24,000 nucleotides of DNA, from positions 67,968-91,967 of the forward strand of contig NZ_KB892755.1 of NCBI RefSeq assembly GCF_000373925.1. The letters run 5' to 3'. The stretch comes from Actinopolymorpha alba DSM 45243. GTDB lineage: Bacteria; Actinomycetota; Actinomycetes; Propionibacteriales; Actinopolymorphaceae. Below the pieces are notes generated by a model that worked only from the letters and a program-made list of their open reading frames with translations, had not been told where the DNA came from and made no database searches. Made by a program: the position numbers and the translations under genes. Positions 9,916-17,590 of this stretch are shown piece by piece (the first letter of the stretch is position 1; every line of letters starts with the position of its first letter).

Positions 9916-11132
9916 CCTCGAGGGCGACCGGGCATGGCCTTGGCCTCGCGGCCGCCGTATCCGAGAATGCCCTGCTCCTCGGCATTATCGAGGCGATATC
10001 GGCGGCCCCCGAACTCGAACTCCTGGCCGCCCGGGTGGCACCGCTCATCGCCGCGGCGACCGCCACCGACGTGTGTTTCGTCCACGTGCTTGACGATTCT
10101 GACCGGTCACTCACGCTGGTGGGAGCGACGCCGCCGTTCGACCGGGAGGTGGGGCGGATCCAGCTGAGGCTCGGCGAAGGTGTCACGGGATGGGCGGCAA
10201 GCCATCGAGAGCCCGTGATCATCGTCGAAGGTAAGAAAGGCGATCCGCGCTACAAGTATTTCCCAGAATTGCGCGGAGAGGACTACACCTCGATGGCGGC
10301 AGTGCCGATGGCGACTTCGCCCGGCGGTCTGGTCGGCGTTCTTAACGTTCACACCCGTGCCCGACGCGAGTTCACCGACCAGGACATCCGGCTTCTCACC
10401 TCGATCGGCAGCCTCATCGCCGGCGGCATCCACCAGGCTCGCCTGCACCGCCAGTTGGCCGCCCGCGAACGCGCGCACGAACGCTTCACCGAGCAGGCCA
10501 TCGCCGTACAAGAAGCGGAACGCCGCCGGCTCGCGGCCGACATCCACGACGGGATCACGCAGCGGCTCTACAGCTTGAGATTCCACCTCGATGCGGCGGC
10601 CGAGGCGTTGACGGAGGAGCCGGACTTCACCGCCGAGCAGTTGGTCGCGGCTCGCACGCTCGTCGATCTCACTCTCGATGAGGCGCGGGCTGCCATCAAC
10701 GGATTACGTCCACCCGTCCTTGACGACCTGGGTCTCGCGGACAGCCTGGCCAGCCTCGCGCGGTCCGTCGGCGGGGTCGAAGTAATCCTCGAGGTGGAGG
10801 AATGCCGGCTGCCCGAACACGTCGAGATCGCGTTCTACCGCATTGCGCAGGAGGCGCTCCAGAACATCGTCAAACATGCCGCCGCCACCACGGTCCGTCT
10901 TAGCCTGCGCCACGACGGGTCACAGGTGTGCCTGGAGGTGAGCGACGACGGACGCGGGATCGGCGACGACCCGGCGCCGCCCGTCAACGATCAGTTCGGC
11001 GGGGGATATGGCATGCGCAGCATGGCCGAACGCGCCGAACTCGTCGGGGGTCGACTGCACTTGCGATCCCGGCCGGGTGGGGGCACGACGGTCGCCGCAC
11101 GGGTCGCCGTTCCTGACAGCCAGCGGCAGTGA
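9912..11132 (+). CDS. GAF-domain sensor histidine kinase (HisKA_3 / HATPase_c, NarL-partner class)
   Basis: N-terminal GAF-like region: VHVLDDSDRSLTLVGA...RLGEGVTGWAASHREPVII...VLNVHTRARREFTDQDIRLLTSIGSLIAG. H-box EAERRRLAADIHDGITQRL. ATPase motifs QEALQNIVKHA, VSDDGRGI, GGYGMRSMAERAELVGG. The start overlaps the response-regulator stop (ATGA at 9912-9915). Confidence 0.9.
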   Translation: MTSRATGHGLGLAAAVSENALLLGIIEAISAAPELELLAARVAPLIAAATATDVCFVHVLDDSDRSLTLVGATPPFDREVGRIQLRLGEGVTGWAASHREPVIIVEGKKGDPRYKYFPELRGEDYTSMAAVPMATSPGGLVGVLNVHTRARREFTDQDIRLLTSIGSLIAGGIHQARLHRQLAARERAHERFTEQAIAVQEAERRRLAADIHDGITQRLYSLRFHLDAAAEALTEEPDFTAEQLVAARTLVDLTLDEARAAINGLRPPVLDDLGLADSLASLARSVGGVEVILEVEECRLPEHVEIAFYRIAQEALQNIVKHAAATTVRLSLRHDGSQVCLEVSDDGRGIGDDPAPPVNDQFGGGYGMRSMAERAELVGGRLHLRSRPGGGTTVAARVAVPDSQRQ

Positions 11133-11164
11133 CCGCCAGCCGTCAGCCGAAGCGTGGCTGCCGT

Positions 11165-11210
11165 GATCGTGAAGGATTTCGTCTCTATATGACCAAAATC
11201 CTTCACGATC
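11165..11210. terminator. Perfect 15-bp-stem hairpin between convergent genes (candidate bidirectional terminator)
   Basis: gatcgtgaaggattt (11165-11179) and aaatccttcacgatc (11196-11210) are exact reverse complements, with a 16-nt AT-rich loop. Located between the kinase stop (11132) and the lipoprotein stop (11232). Confidence 0.5.
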
Positions 11211-11231
11211 CTTGAATGCTCGGGTTGCCTG

Positions 11232-11747
11232 TCAACACCAGGCGTCGCCGTCGTGCGCGCCCGTAACCTCCAGATGGAAGTCGCGGCTCTTTTCTCCGAA
11301 ATCGCTGAGGAAGGACACCGTGAGGTATCCCGTCGTTCCATCGATCGCTTTGGTGAAGCACAGGCGCACACCAGAAATGACGAGCCCGTCCTCGGGTACC
11401 GGCGAGTCGCTGGCCGACTTCAAAGTCCAGCCGTCATCGGGTGCGACTCGGCGATAGAACGCCACCACCTCCTCGGGCGTGCCCTCCGGCCGGTAGGTGC
11501 GCCCGGCGACGGCGAATCCGTCGTCATCGTCGCAGCCGGAGTACGAATCACGAAGGGTCGCACCAGGCGGGCGGACGTTGAGAATGTCCAGCTCGTCCAG
11601 GGTGGCGGCGAATTCCTCGTCCCGGTCCGTGCATCCGTACCCAAGAAAGGGCGAGCAGCCGGCTGTGCTGAGGAGCCCCGCCAGTACGCCGAGCCCGATC
11701 GTTGCCGCAGCCGCTCGTCCGCGCAGTCCCATTGCCACGGCCGCCAT
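11232..11747 (-). CDS. Hypothetical secreted lipoprotein
   Basis: 171-aa ORF with a signal peptide and lipobox-like site: MAAVAMGLRGRAAAATIGLGVLAGLLSTAG|C. The mature part is acidic, with Cys pairs. No family recognised. Confidence 0.6.
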   Translation of the reverse strand: MAAVAMGLRGRAAAATIGLGVLAGLLSTAGCSPFLGYGCTDRDEEFAATLDELDILNVRPPGATLRDSYSGCDDDDGFAVAGRTYRPEGTPEEVVAFYRRVAPDDGWTLKSASDSPVPEDGLVISGVRLCFTKAIDGTTGYLTVSFLSDFGEKSRDFHLEVTGAHDGDAWC

Positions 11748-11748
11748 T

Positions 11749-11790
11749 GTGCCCTGCGAAAGAGACGACGTGTCCTGCGAAAGAGACGAC
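11749..11790. repeat. Tandem 21-bp direct repeat (2 copies, 20/21 identical) immediately upstream of the lipoprotein start codon
   Basis: gtgccctgcgaaagagacgac (11749-11769) is followed directly by gtgtcctgcgaaagagacgac (11770-11790). The lipoprotein ATG is at 11747-11745 on the minus strand. Confidence 0.9.
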
Positions 11791-11929
11791 CGCCCGCGGT
11801 CGAGACGGCCGGAAGGCCCAGCCGGAATGAGCGTGCCCGGATCCGGCCAGGCCCCGGTGGATTTCCGCTGAACCCGACTGGTTGGGGATTCGTGGTCGAT
11901 GGTGTGACGCCTGTGTCCGCGACCTTCGG

Positions 11930-12601
11930 ATGACCTGGGGAGCTGATCGTGCCGACACCGCTGACCGCACGTTGAGGGTCAACGGCCACGACCGCACGGT
12001 TGCGGTGGCCGACGAAACTGAGCAGTTGCTGTACTTACTAAGGAACGCGCTGGGCCAGCGCGGCCCGAAGTTCGGGTGCGGCGTGGCGCAGTGCGGAGCC
12101 TGCACCGTCCTCGTCGATGGTGAGATCCGGCGGTCCTGCGTAACCCCGCGGCGCACGGTCCCGGAGCGCGCGAGCGTGGAGACCCTCGACGGGCTGGGGA
12201 CCCCCGGGGCGCCGCATCCCTTGCAGCAGGCGTTCATCGATCAGCAGGCGGGCCAGTGCGCGTACTGCGTCAACGGCATGATCACGGGCGCCCTCGGCTG
12301 GTTGCGGCAGCGCAAGGCCGCCGGCGACACGAGTCTGCCAAGCGAGCAGGAGATCGCCGAGTTCCTGTCCGGCGAGGCCGCGGGGTCGAGTGCTCGACGG
12401 GCGCGCCTCGCCGGTGTTCGCGGCGGGGCCCGACAGGCTGCGCGTGGACGAGAGTCCGGCGGCGGATTCGCTGGCCTGGCTGGTCCTCACGCCCGGCGAT
12501 GTCAGCATCCACAGCGGAAAGGTGGAGCTGGGTACCGGCGTACAAACCGCACTGACCACGCTTTTGTTCGGCGCAGGCCCCGGATTTCAGTCCGGGGTTA
12601 G
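11930..12601 (+). CDS. (2Fe-2S)-binding small subunit of an IorA/NicA-type molybdenum hydroxylase; probably C-terminally defective
   Basis: TLRVNGHDRTV...LLYLLRNALGQRGPKFGCGVAQCGACTVLVDGEIRRSCVTP (first cluster), then HPLQQAFIDQQAGQCAYCVNGMI (Cys-x2-Cys). Family-like sequence ends at ...EIAEFLSGE (~12378) without the expected Cys-x-Cys. The frame then runs as Arg/Gly/Ala-rich sequence to a stop at 12599-12601, inside the IS left end. Confidence 0.6.
   Translation: MTWGADRADTADRTLRVNGHDRTVAVADETEQLLYLLRNALGQRGPKFGCGVAQCGACTVLVDGEIRRSCVTPRRTVPERASVETLDGLGTPGAPHPLQQAFIDQQAGQCAYCVNGMITGALGWLRQRKAAGDTSLPSEQEIAEFLSGEAAGSSARRARLAGVRGGARQAARGRESGGGFAGLAGPHARRCQHPQRKGGAGYRRTNRTDHAFVRRRPRISVRG
12390..12556 (+). 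pseudogene. 5' fragment of the molybdopterin-binding large subunit (IorB/NicB-type), cut off by the IS insertion
   Basis: The frame is open from 12282, with GTG at 12390. It reads ...ADSLAWLVLTPGDVSIHSGKVELGTGVQTALT, the conserved N-terminal motif of this subunit family, then diverges into IS sequence. Confidence 0.7.
12578..12597. repeat. IS left-end subterminal hairpin (7-bp stem, 6-nt loop)
   Basis: ccccggatttcagtccgggg. The arms ccccgga and tccgggg are exact reverse complements. It differs by 1 nt from the right-end copy. Confidence 0.85.
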
Positions 12602-12614
12602 CCGGATCCCGCCG

Positions 12615-13034
12615 TCAGGCGGGACGCTCCTGGTTCTCGATGTACTGCTTCAGCACCGAGAGGGGCGCCCCGCCTGCGGAGACTGAGACGGCGAAGTAGG
12701 AGGGTGTCCAGAAGTGTCCGTGCATCCGTGCTCGGTTGCAGCGACCGGTGTAGTCCGCCCGCAGTCTCCGCGCGGTCGCGCCTTTCAAGCTGCGCACGAG
12801 TTCGCTGATCGGCACCTGGGGCGGGTACCGCACGAGGAGGTGCACGTGGTCGGCTTCGCCGTTGAACTCCACCAACTCGGCACCCAGCGCAGTGCAGACC
12901 TGCCGGAGGGTGGTCTCGCAGTCGGTGAGCATGGCGGGGTCGAGCACCCGCCTGCGGTACTTCGTCACGAAGACAAGGTGGGCGTACAACAGGCTCACGC
13001 TGTGGCAGGTGGAGCGGTAGTCGGTGCGCTTCAT
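12615..13034 (-). CDS. tnpA: IS200/IS605 family Y1 (HUH) transposase TnpA
   Basis: 139 aa: LYAHLVFVTKYRRRVL...GEADHVHLLVRYPP (HUH motif)...HFWTPSYFAVSV (catalytic Tyr)...VLKQYIENQ. Confidence 0.93.
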   Translation of the reverse strand: MKRTDYRSTCHSVSLLYAHLVFVTKYRRRVLDPAMLTDCETTLRQVCTALGAELVEFNGEADHVHLLVRYPPQVPISELVRSLKGATARRLRADYTGRCNRARMHGHFWTPSYFAVSVSAGGAPLSVLKQYIENQERPA

Positions 13035-13042
13035 GCGTCGGA

Positions 13043-14323
13043 TTGTCGGTGGTCTTTGGGAGAGTGGACGCAGTGAGCATCCGGCAGCGTCTCTATCCCG
13101 ACCCCGGGCAACTGGCTGGGCTGGTGGAGCACTGCCACCACGCCAGGTTCGTGTTCAACATCGGCCTGGAACAACGCTCGATGTGGCGCAGGTGGAAGCA
13201 CGACCGAGGCACACACCCCGAGTACGGGGACCTGAATGCTGCACGGATCACCACGGCATCGCAGATGCGCGAGTTGGCCCAACTCCGGGGTGAACTGGGC
13301 TGGCTGCGGGCTGGGTCCTCCAGCGTGCAGCAGGCCGCGCTGCGCGACCTGGACCGGGCCTTTCAGAACTTCTACGCCGGTCGGGCGAAGTACCCGCAGT
13401 TCAAGCGCCGTTCGGAGCGTGAAGGCAGTTTCGTGGTGCGCGACCTCACCGTCCGCCGCCTGAACCGGAAGTGGGGCGTGGTCACCGTCCCCAAGGTCGG
13501 GCAGGTGCGGTTCCGCATCTCCTGGATGTGGGCCGACATCGAACGGGCTACCAGCGCGAGGGTCACCCACCGCAACGGACGCTGGCACATCGCGTTCACC
13601 ACACCAGCCGCCGAGAAAATCACCGCCGAGTCGGGTGCTGTGGTCGGGATCGACCGTGGCGTGGCCAACACTTTGGCCACCAGCGAGGGACGCATGATTC
13701 AGGCCCCGTCACTCACCGACCCGGAGAAGACCCGGTTCCTGCGGTTGCAGCAGCGGCTGGCACGGCAGCAGAAGGGCTCCAAGCGCCGGGCGCAGACACT
13801 GGACCGTCTCGCCACCTTGCGGCGCCGGTTGGGCGACCGGCGCACCGATTGGGTGGAGCAGACCACCACCGGACTCGCCCGCACCTACGACCTCATCGCC
13901 GTGGAAGACCTCCGAGTGCAGAACATGGTCAAGCGCCCGGCACCCAAGCCCGACCCCGTGCATCCGGGTGTGTTCCTCCCGAACGGGGCACGGGCGAAAG
14001 CTGCGCTGAACCGAGCGATCCTCGCCAGCGTGTGGGGCCGGTTCCTCACCCGCATTGAGCACAAGATGCCCGAAGGCACAGTCCTCCGGGTTGATCCGAA
14101 GAACACCAGTCGTACGTGCGCCGCCTGCGGGCACACGGCAGCGTCCAACCGCGAGAGCCAAGCGGTGTTCGCCTGCCAAGCCTGCGGACATCAGGCACAC
14201 GCCGACACCAACGCAGCGGTCGTCATCCTCGACCGCGCGCTAGGCACTACGGCCCCGGGACACGGGGTGTCAGGGCGCAGAAGTCCGGCCTTCGCTGGCA
14301 GCGCCAACCAACCGGCTGCGTAG
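13043..14323 (+). CDS. tnpB: TnpB (IS605 OrfB) RNA-guided endonuclease, apparently intact
   Basis: RQRLYPDPGQLAGLVEH...FVFN is a typical N-terminus. RuvC triad candidates: VVGIDRGV (Asp), LIAVEDLRVQNM (Glu), HADTNAAVVI (Asp). Zn ribbon: TSRTCAACGH...FACQACGH. The GTG at 13073 is an alternative start. Confidence 0.9.
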   Translation: MSVVFGRVDAVSIRQRLYPDPGQLAGLVEHCHHARFVFNIGLEQRSMWRRWKHDRGTHPEYGDLNAARITTASQMRELAQLRGELGWLRAGSSSVQQAALRDLDRAFQNFYAGRAKYPQFKRRSEREGSFVVRDLTVRRLNRKWGVVTVPKVGQVRFRISWMWADIERATSARVTHRNGRWHIAFTTPAAEKITAESGAVVGIDRGVANTLATSEGRMIQAPSLTDPEKTRFLRLQQRLARQQKGSKRRAQTLDRLATLRRRLGDRRTDWVEQTTTGLARTYDLIAVEDLRVQNMVKRPAPKPDPVHPGVFLPNGARAKAALNRAILASVWGRFLTRIEHKMPEGTVLRVDPKNTSRTCAACGHTAASNRESQAVFACQACGHQAHADTNAAVVILDRALGTTAPGHGVSGRRSPAFAGSANQPAA

Positions 14324-14384
14324 CAGCCGAGAATCCCCGGACTTCAGTCCGGGGAGGATGTCAAACAGATCGTCCTCGAGGAAC
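14215..14384 (+). ncRNA. Predicted omega-RNA (reRNA) of TnpB: scaffold over the tnpB 3' end and right end, with the guide read from the flanking host sequence
   Basis: This is inference from how the family works, not from a recognised conserved fold. The right-end hairpin is at 14335-14354, the inferred element end is 14364, and the following ~20 nt (acagatcgtcctcgaggaac) would be the guide. The 5' limit is a guess. Confidence 0.3.
14335..14354. repeat. IS right-end subterminal hairpin
   Basis: ccccggacttcagtccgggg, 19/20 identical to the left-end hairpin. Followed by aggatgtcaa. Confidence 0.85.
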
Positions 14385-16459
14385 TCCACCTCACCAACGG
14401 TCGGGTGCGCTACGTGCAGGGTGACACCCGGACGACCCCGGACCAGGGGACGACCGCTGGCAGCAAGACGATCCAGAACGGCGGGCCCGAGCTACGCCGA
14501 GCGGCGGCGACCGCGTTCCAGGCACTGCTCGACCTCGCCGCGGCGTACTTCCGCGTCGGCAAGGATGAGTTGACAGCGAACGACGGCGTCATCTCGGTCA
14601 AGGGAACCCAGCGGAAGGTCAGGTATGAGCGGTTGCTGGCCCAGACCGATGCCGTGCTGGTCGCGGATCCGGACGTGCCGTTGACCGCTCCAGGCGACTA
14701 CCGCGTGGTCGGGCGGTCAGTCGCCCGCGTCGAGCTACCCGAGAAGGTCACCGCCCGCTTCACCTTCGTCCACGATGTCAAGGTTCCTGGCATGCTGCAC
14801 GCCCGGGTCATCCGCCCCGCCGGCCGGAATGCGCGGTTCGGCTCGATCGAGCCCGACTCGCTGGAGCGCGTGAAGGCGATTCCGGGCTTTGTCACTGTCG
14901 TACGCCGGGACAAATTCGTCGGTGTGGTCGCCGAGACCGAGTGGGCGGCCATCCAGGCGGCGAACCCCACGGCCGGCGTCCGGGTCACCTGGCAGGACGG
15001 GCAGCCGCTCGTCCCGCAGGGGACGTTTCCCGAAGCGTTGCGCGATCCCAACCACCATTACCGAACGGTCGAAGAGGTCAGGGTCGGCGACGTCGACCAG
15101 GCGTTCAACGACGCCGGCGTCCAGGTGCGGGCGAGCTACGACACGCCGTTCCACATGCACGCGTCGATGAGTCCGTCGTGCGCGGTCGCCGACGTACGCC
15201 GGGCTCCGGATGCCAAGACCGGTGTCCAGGTGACCGTCTGGTCGGGTACGCAGTCGGTCTTCGCGCTCCGCCGGACGCTGGCCAATCTCCTGACCCTGCC
15301 AGAGGAGTCGGTGCACGTGAGGTACGCGGAGGCCTCGGGCTGCTACGGCCACAACGGCGCCGACGACGTGGCGGCGGACGCGGCGCTGCTGTCGCAGGCG
15401 GTCAGCGCGCCGGTCCGGGTGCAGTGGGCTCGCCAGGACGAGCACGGCTGGGAGCCGCTCGGCCCTGCGATGGCGCACGACCTGCGCGGCGGCATCACCG
15501 GCGGCCAGGTGGTCGCCTGGGAGCACGTCGTGTGTACGCCGACTCACGGCAGCCGGCCCAACGGCAGCCCGGGAACGGTGCTCGCCGGCATCCTCACCGG
15601 CTCGCTCCCCGCGAACCTTCCGACCGCGGCGGGCAACAGCGGCGGCCGGAACGCGCCGGTCACCTACGCGTTCCCCAACAATCGGCTCATCGCCCATCTC
15701 GTCCGCAGCTTCGAGACGACCGGCCCGACCTCGAACGTTCCGGCCGCCCCGCTGCGTTACCGCTTCCTGCGTTCGACCGCTCTCCGGTCGCTGGGTGGGT
15801 TCTCCAATACCTTCGCCAACGAGTCGTTCCTCGACGAACTCGCCGCGGCGGGTGGGGTCGACCCGCTCGAGCTGCGGTTGCGTTCGCTCGACGACCCGCG
15901 GGCGCGCGCCGTGGTCGAGGCGTTGCGCGACGCGTGGGCTTCGCGACCGCGGGGTGGGGACGGCCGAGGTGCCGGTCTCGCGTTCGCCCGCTACGAAACG
16001 GAGTTCACCTACGTCGCGACGTACGTCGAGGTCGCGGTGGACGCGGCCACCGGCGCGATTCGCGTGCCCCGGGTCGTCGTCGCCCATGACTGTGGGCTGG
16101 TCGTCAACCCCGACGGTCTGCGTCACCAGATCGAGGGCAACGTGATCCAGGGGATCAGCCGGACGCTGAAGGAGGAGGTCCGGCTGGATTCCCGGGGAGT
16201 GACGAGCGTGCTGTGGCAGCAGAACCAGTCCAATCCCACGCCGCAGTACTCCGTGCTGAGGTTCAGCGAGGTACCCGCCATCGAGATCACCCTCCTCAAC
16301 CGCCCGGATGAGCCCGCGTGGGGTGCCGGCGAGCCGACCATCGGACCCATCCCCGCCGCGATCGGCAACGCCGTCTTCGCCGCGACCGGCGTTCGGGTCC
16401 GGCAATTACCGATGACACCGGAACGCGTCCTCGCCGCGCTGCGCGATGGCCCGACATAA
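14365..16459 (+). pseudogene. 3' part (~698 codons) of the molybdopterin-binding large subunit (IorB/NicB-type xanthine dehydrogenase family), separated from its 5' end by the IS
   Basis: The frame of listed ORF 14405..16459 is open back to the TAG at 14321-14323. From 14365 it reads QIVLEELHLTNGRVRYVQGDTRTTPDQGTTAGSKTI, continuing the motif broken at 12556. The C-terminus is family-typical: GAGEPTIGPIPAAIGNAVFAATGVRVRQLPMTPERV. Confidence 0.8.
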
Positions 16460-16468
16460 GGAGAGGTC

Positions 16469-17590
16469 TCAGTGATGAATGGGGCCGGCGGTCACTGAAA
16501 GTGGCCGGCCGGTCCCGCCCCAGCGCATCTGGGTGAGTTCGGCCGCGATGGATATCGCGGTTTCTTCGGGAGTACGCGCGCCGATATCGAGACCGATGGG
16601 GGAGTGTAACCGCTGCAATTCCTCCTCGGTCACGCCGATTTCCCGCAGCCGGCGGATCCGGTCGTCATGGGTGCGCCGGCTGCCCAGAGCGCCGACATAA
16701 CCGGCCGGGGTGCGCAGGGCGGCGGTGAGGAGTGGAATATCGAACTTCGGGTCATGAGTGAGCACGCAGATCGCCGTACGTGAATCAACAACGGTCTCCG
16801 CCAGATATCGGTGCGGCCAGTTAACGATGACCTCGTCCGCGTCCGGAAATCGCTGGCGGGTCGCGAAAATCCCGCGGGCGTCGCAGACCGTCACGTGGTA
16901 GCCGAGGAATTTGCCGACCCGGGAAACGGCGGCGGCGAAATCGATGGCGCCGAAGACGAGCATCCGCGGCGGTGGCGCGAATGACCGCACGAACACGGCG
17001 ACCTCGTCCCGGCGGCGTTCGCCTTGCTGGCCGTACGTACATTGGCCTGTCACGCCCTGCGCCAGCAGGCCGCGGGCGTCGGAGTCGACAGCGCGATCGA
17101 GGCCGGAGGACCCAAGTGAGCCAAGGGCCCGATCCGGCCAGATGACGCGTTGCGCGCCGGCCGAATCGGCGCCGACGATCGCGGGGGCGACGGCAATAGC
17201 GGTGGCCAGCGCGACCGGATGGTGAGCCCGGACTGACGCCACCACCTCCGTGAATGCGGGAAACGACTGTCGACTCATCGGTTGGACGAAGACCTGAATT
17301 TCGCCACCACAGGTGAGTCCCGTGGCAAAGGCGTCGTTGTCACTGATGCCGTACGTGTCGAGCATCGGCTGCCCGGTCTTTATCGCCTGCTGGGCGGATT
17401 CATATATCGCACCCTCGACACAACCGCCGGAAACACTTCCGACCACCTCGCCGTCACCAGAAACAGCCATCGTGGCTCCGGGTTGGCGGGGAGCGCTGCC
17501 GGACGTTTTCACCACCGTCGCGAGCGCGAAGGTGTCACCGGTCAAATACCAGGACACAACCTGGTCCAGGACGTCGCGCATCGGCATCAC
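16469..17590 (-). CDS. XdhC/CoxI family molybdenum-cofactor insertion accessory protein
   Basis: 373 aa: FALATVVKTSGSAPRQPGATMAVSGDGEVVGSVSGGCVEGA...GLTCGGEIQVFVQP (XdhC_CoxI N-domain), then a Rossmann-like C-domain: PRMLVFGAIDFAAAV...GYHVTVCDAR...TAICVLTHDPKFDIPLL. Confidence 0.85.
   Translation of the reverse strand: MMPMRDVLDQVVSWYLTGDTFALATVVKTSGSAPRQPGATMAVSGDGEVVGSVSGGCVEGAIYESAQQAIKTGQPMLDTYGISDNDAFATGLTCGGEIQVFVQPMSRQSFPAFTEVVASVRAHHPVALATAIAVAPAIVGADSAGAQRVIWPDRALGSLGSSGLDRAVDSDARGLLAQGVTGQCTYGQQGERRRDEVAVFVRSFAPPPRMLVFGAIDFAAAVSRVGKFLGYHVTVCDARGIFATRQRFPDADEVIVNWPHRYLAETVVDSRTAICVLTHDPKFDIPLLTAALRTPAGYVGALGSRRTHDDRIRRLREIGVTEEELQRLHSPIGLDIGARTPEETAISIAAELTQMRWGGTGRPLSVTAGPIHH

Larger units (their letters stand above)
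12557..14364 (+). mobile_element. IS200/IS605-family insertion sequence (IS605-like layout: divergent tnpA and tnpB). Boundaries are good to about +/-4 nt on the left; the right end is assigned by analogy to IS608.
   Basis: It carries a Y1 transposase and tnpB. There are no terminal inverted repeats; instead there are near-identical subterminal hairpins, ccccgga-tttcag-tccgggg (12578-12597) and ccccgga-cttcag-tccgggg (14335-14354). tcaa lies exactly 10 nt after the right hairpin (14361-14364). Removing the element restores the host reading frame and motif. Confidence 0.85.

Noticed and set aside
12282-12601. Possibility that the small and large subunit genes are a natural fusion
   Set aside because: The two family-like reading frames differ by 1 nt (11930 frame versus 12390 frame), so no single ORF joins them.
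14735-16405. 556-aa minus-strand ORF and 382-aa plus-strand ORF (14941..16089) overlapping the molybdoenzyme large subunit
   Set aside because: Both are Arg/Gly/Pro-rich shadow frames. The 14405..16459 frame carries the family motifs.
11930-16459. Molybdoenzyme genes plus xdhC read as a carbon-monoxide dehydrogenase (cox) locus that could feed the nearby RuBisCO
   Set aside because: There is no medium FAD-binding (CoxM) subunit gene. The large subunit has the IorB/NicB-type N-terminus (WL...GKVELG.G) rather than the CoxL layout, and I did not see the AYxCSFR-type CODH active-site loop. The locus is also disrupted.
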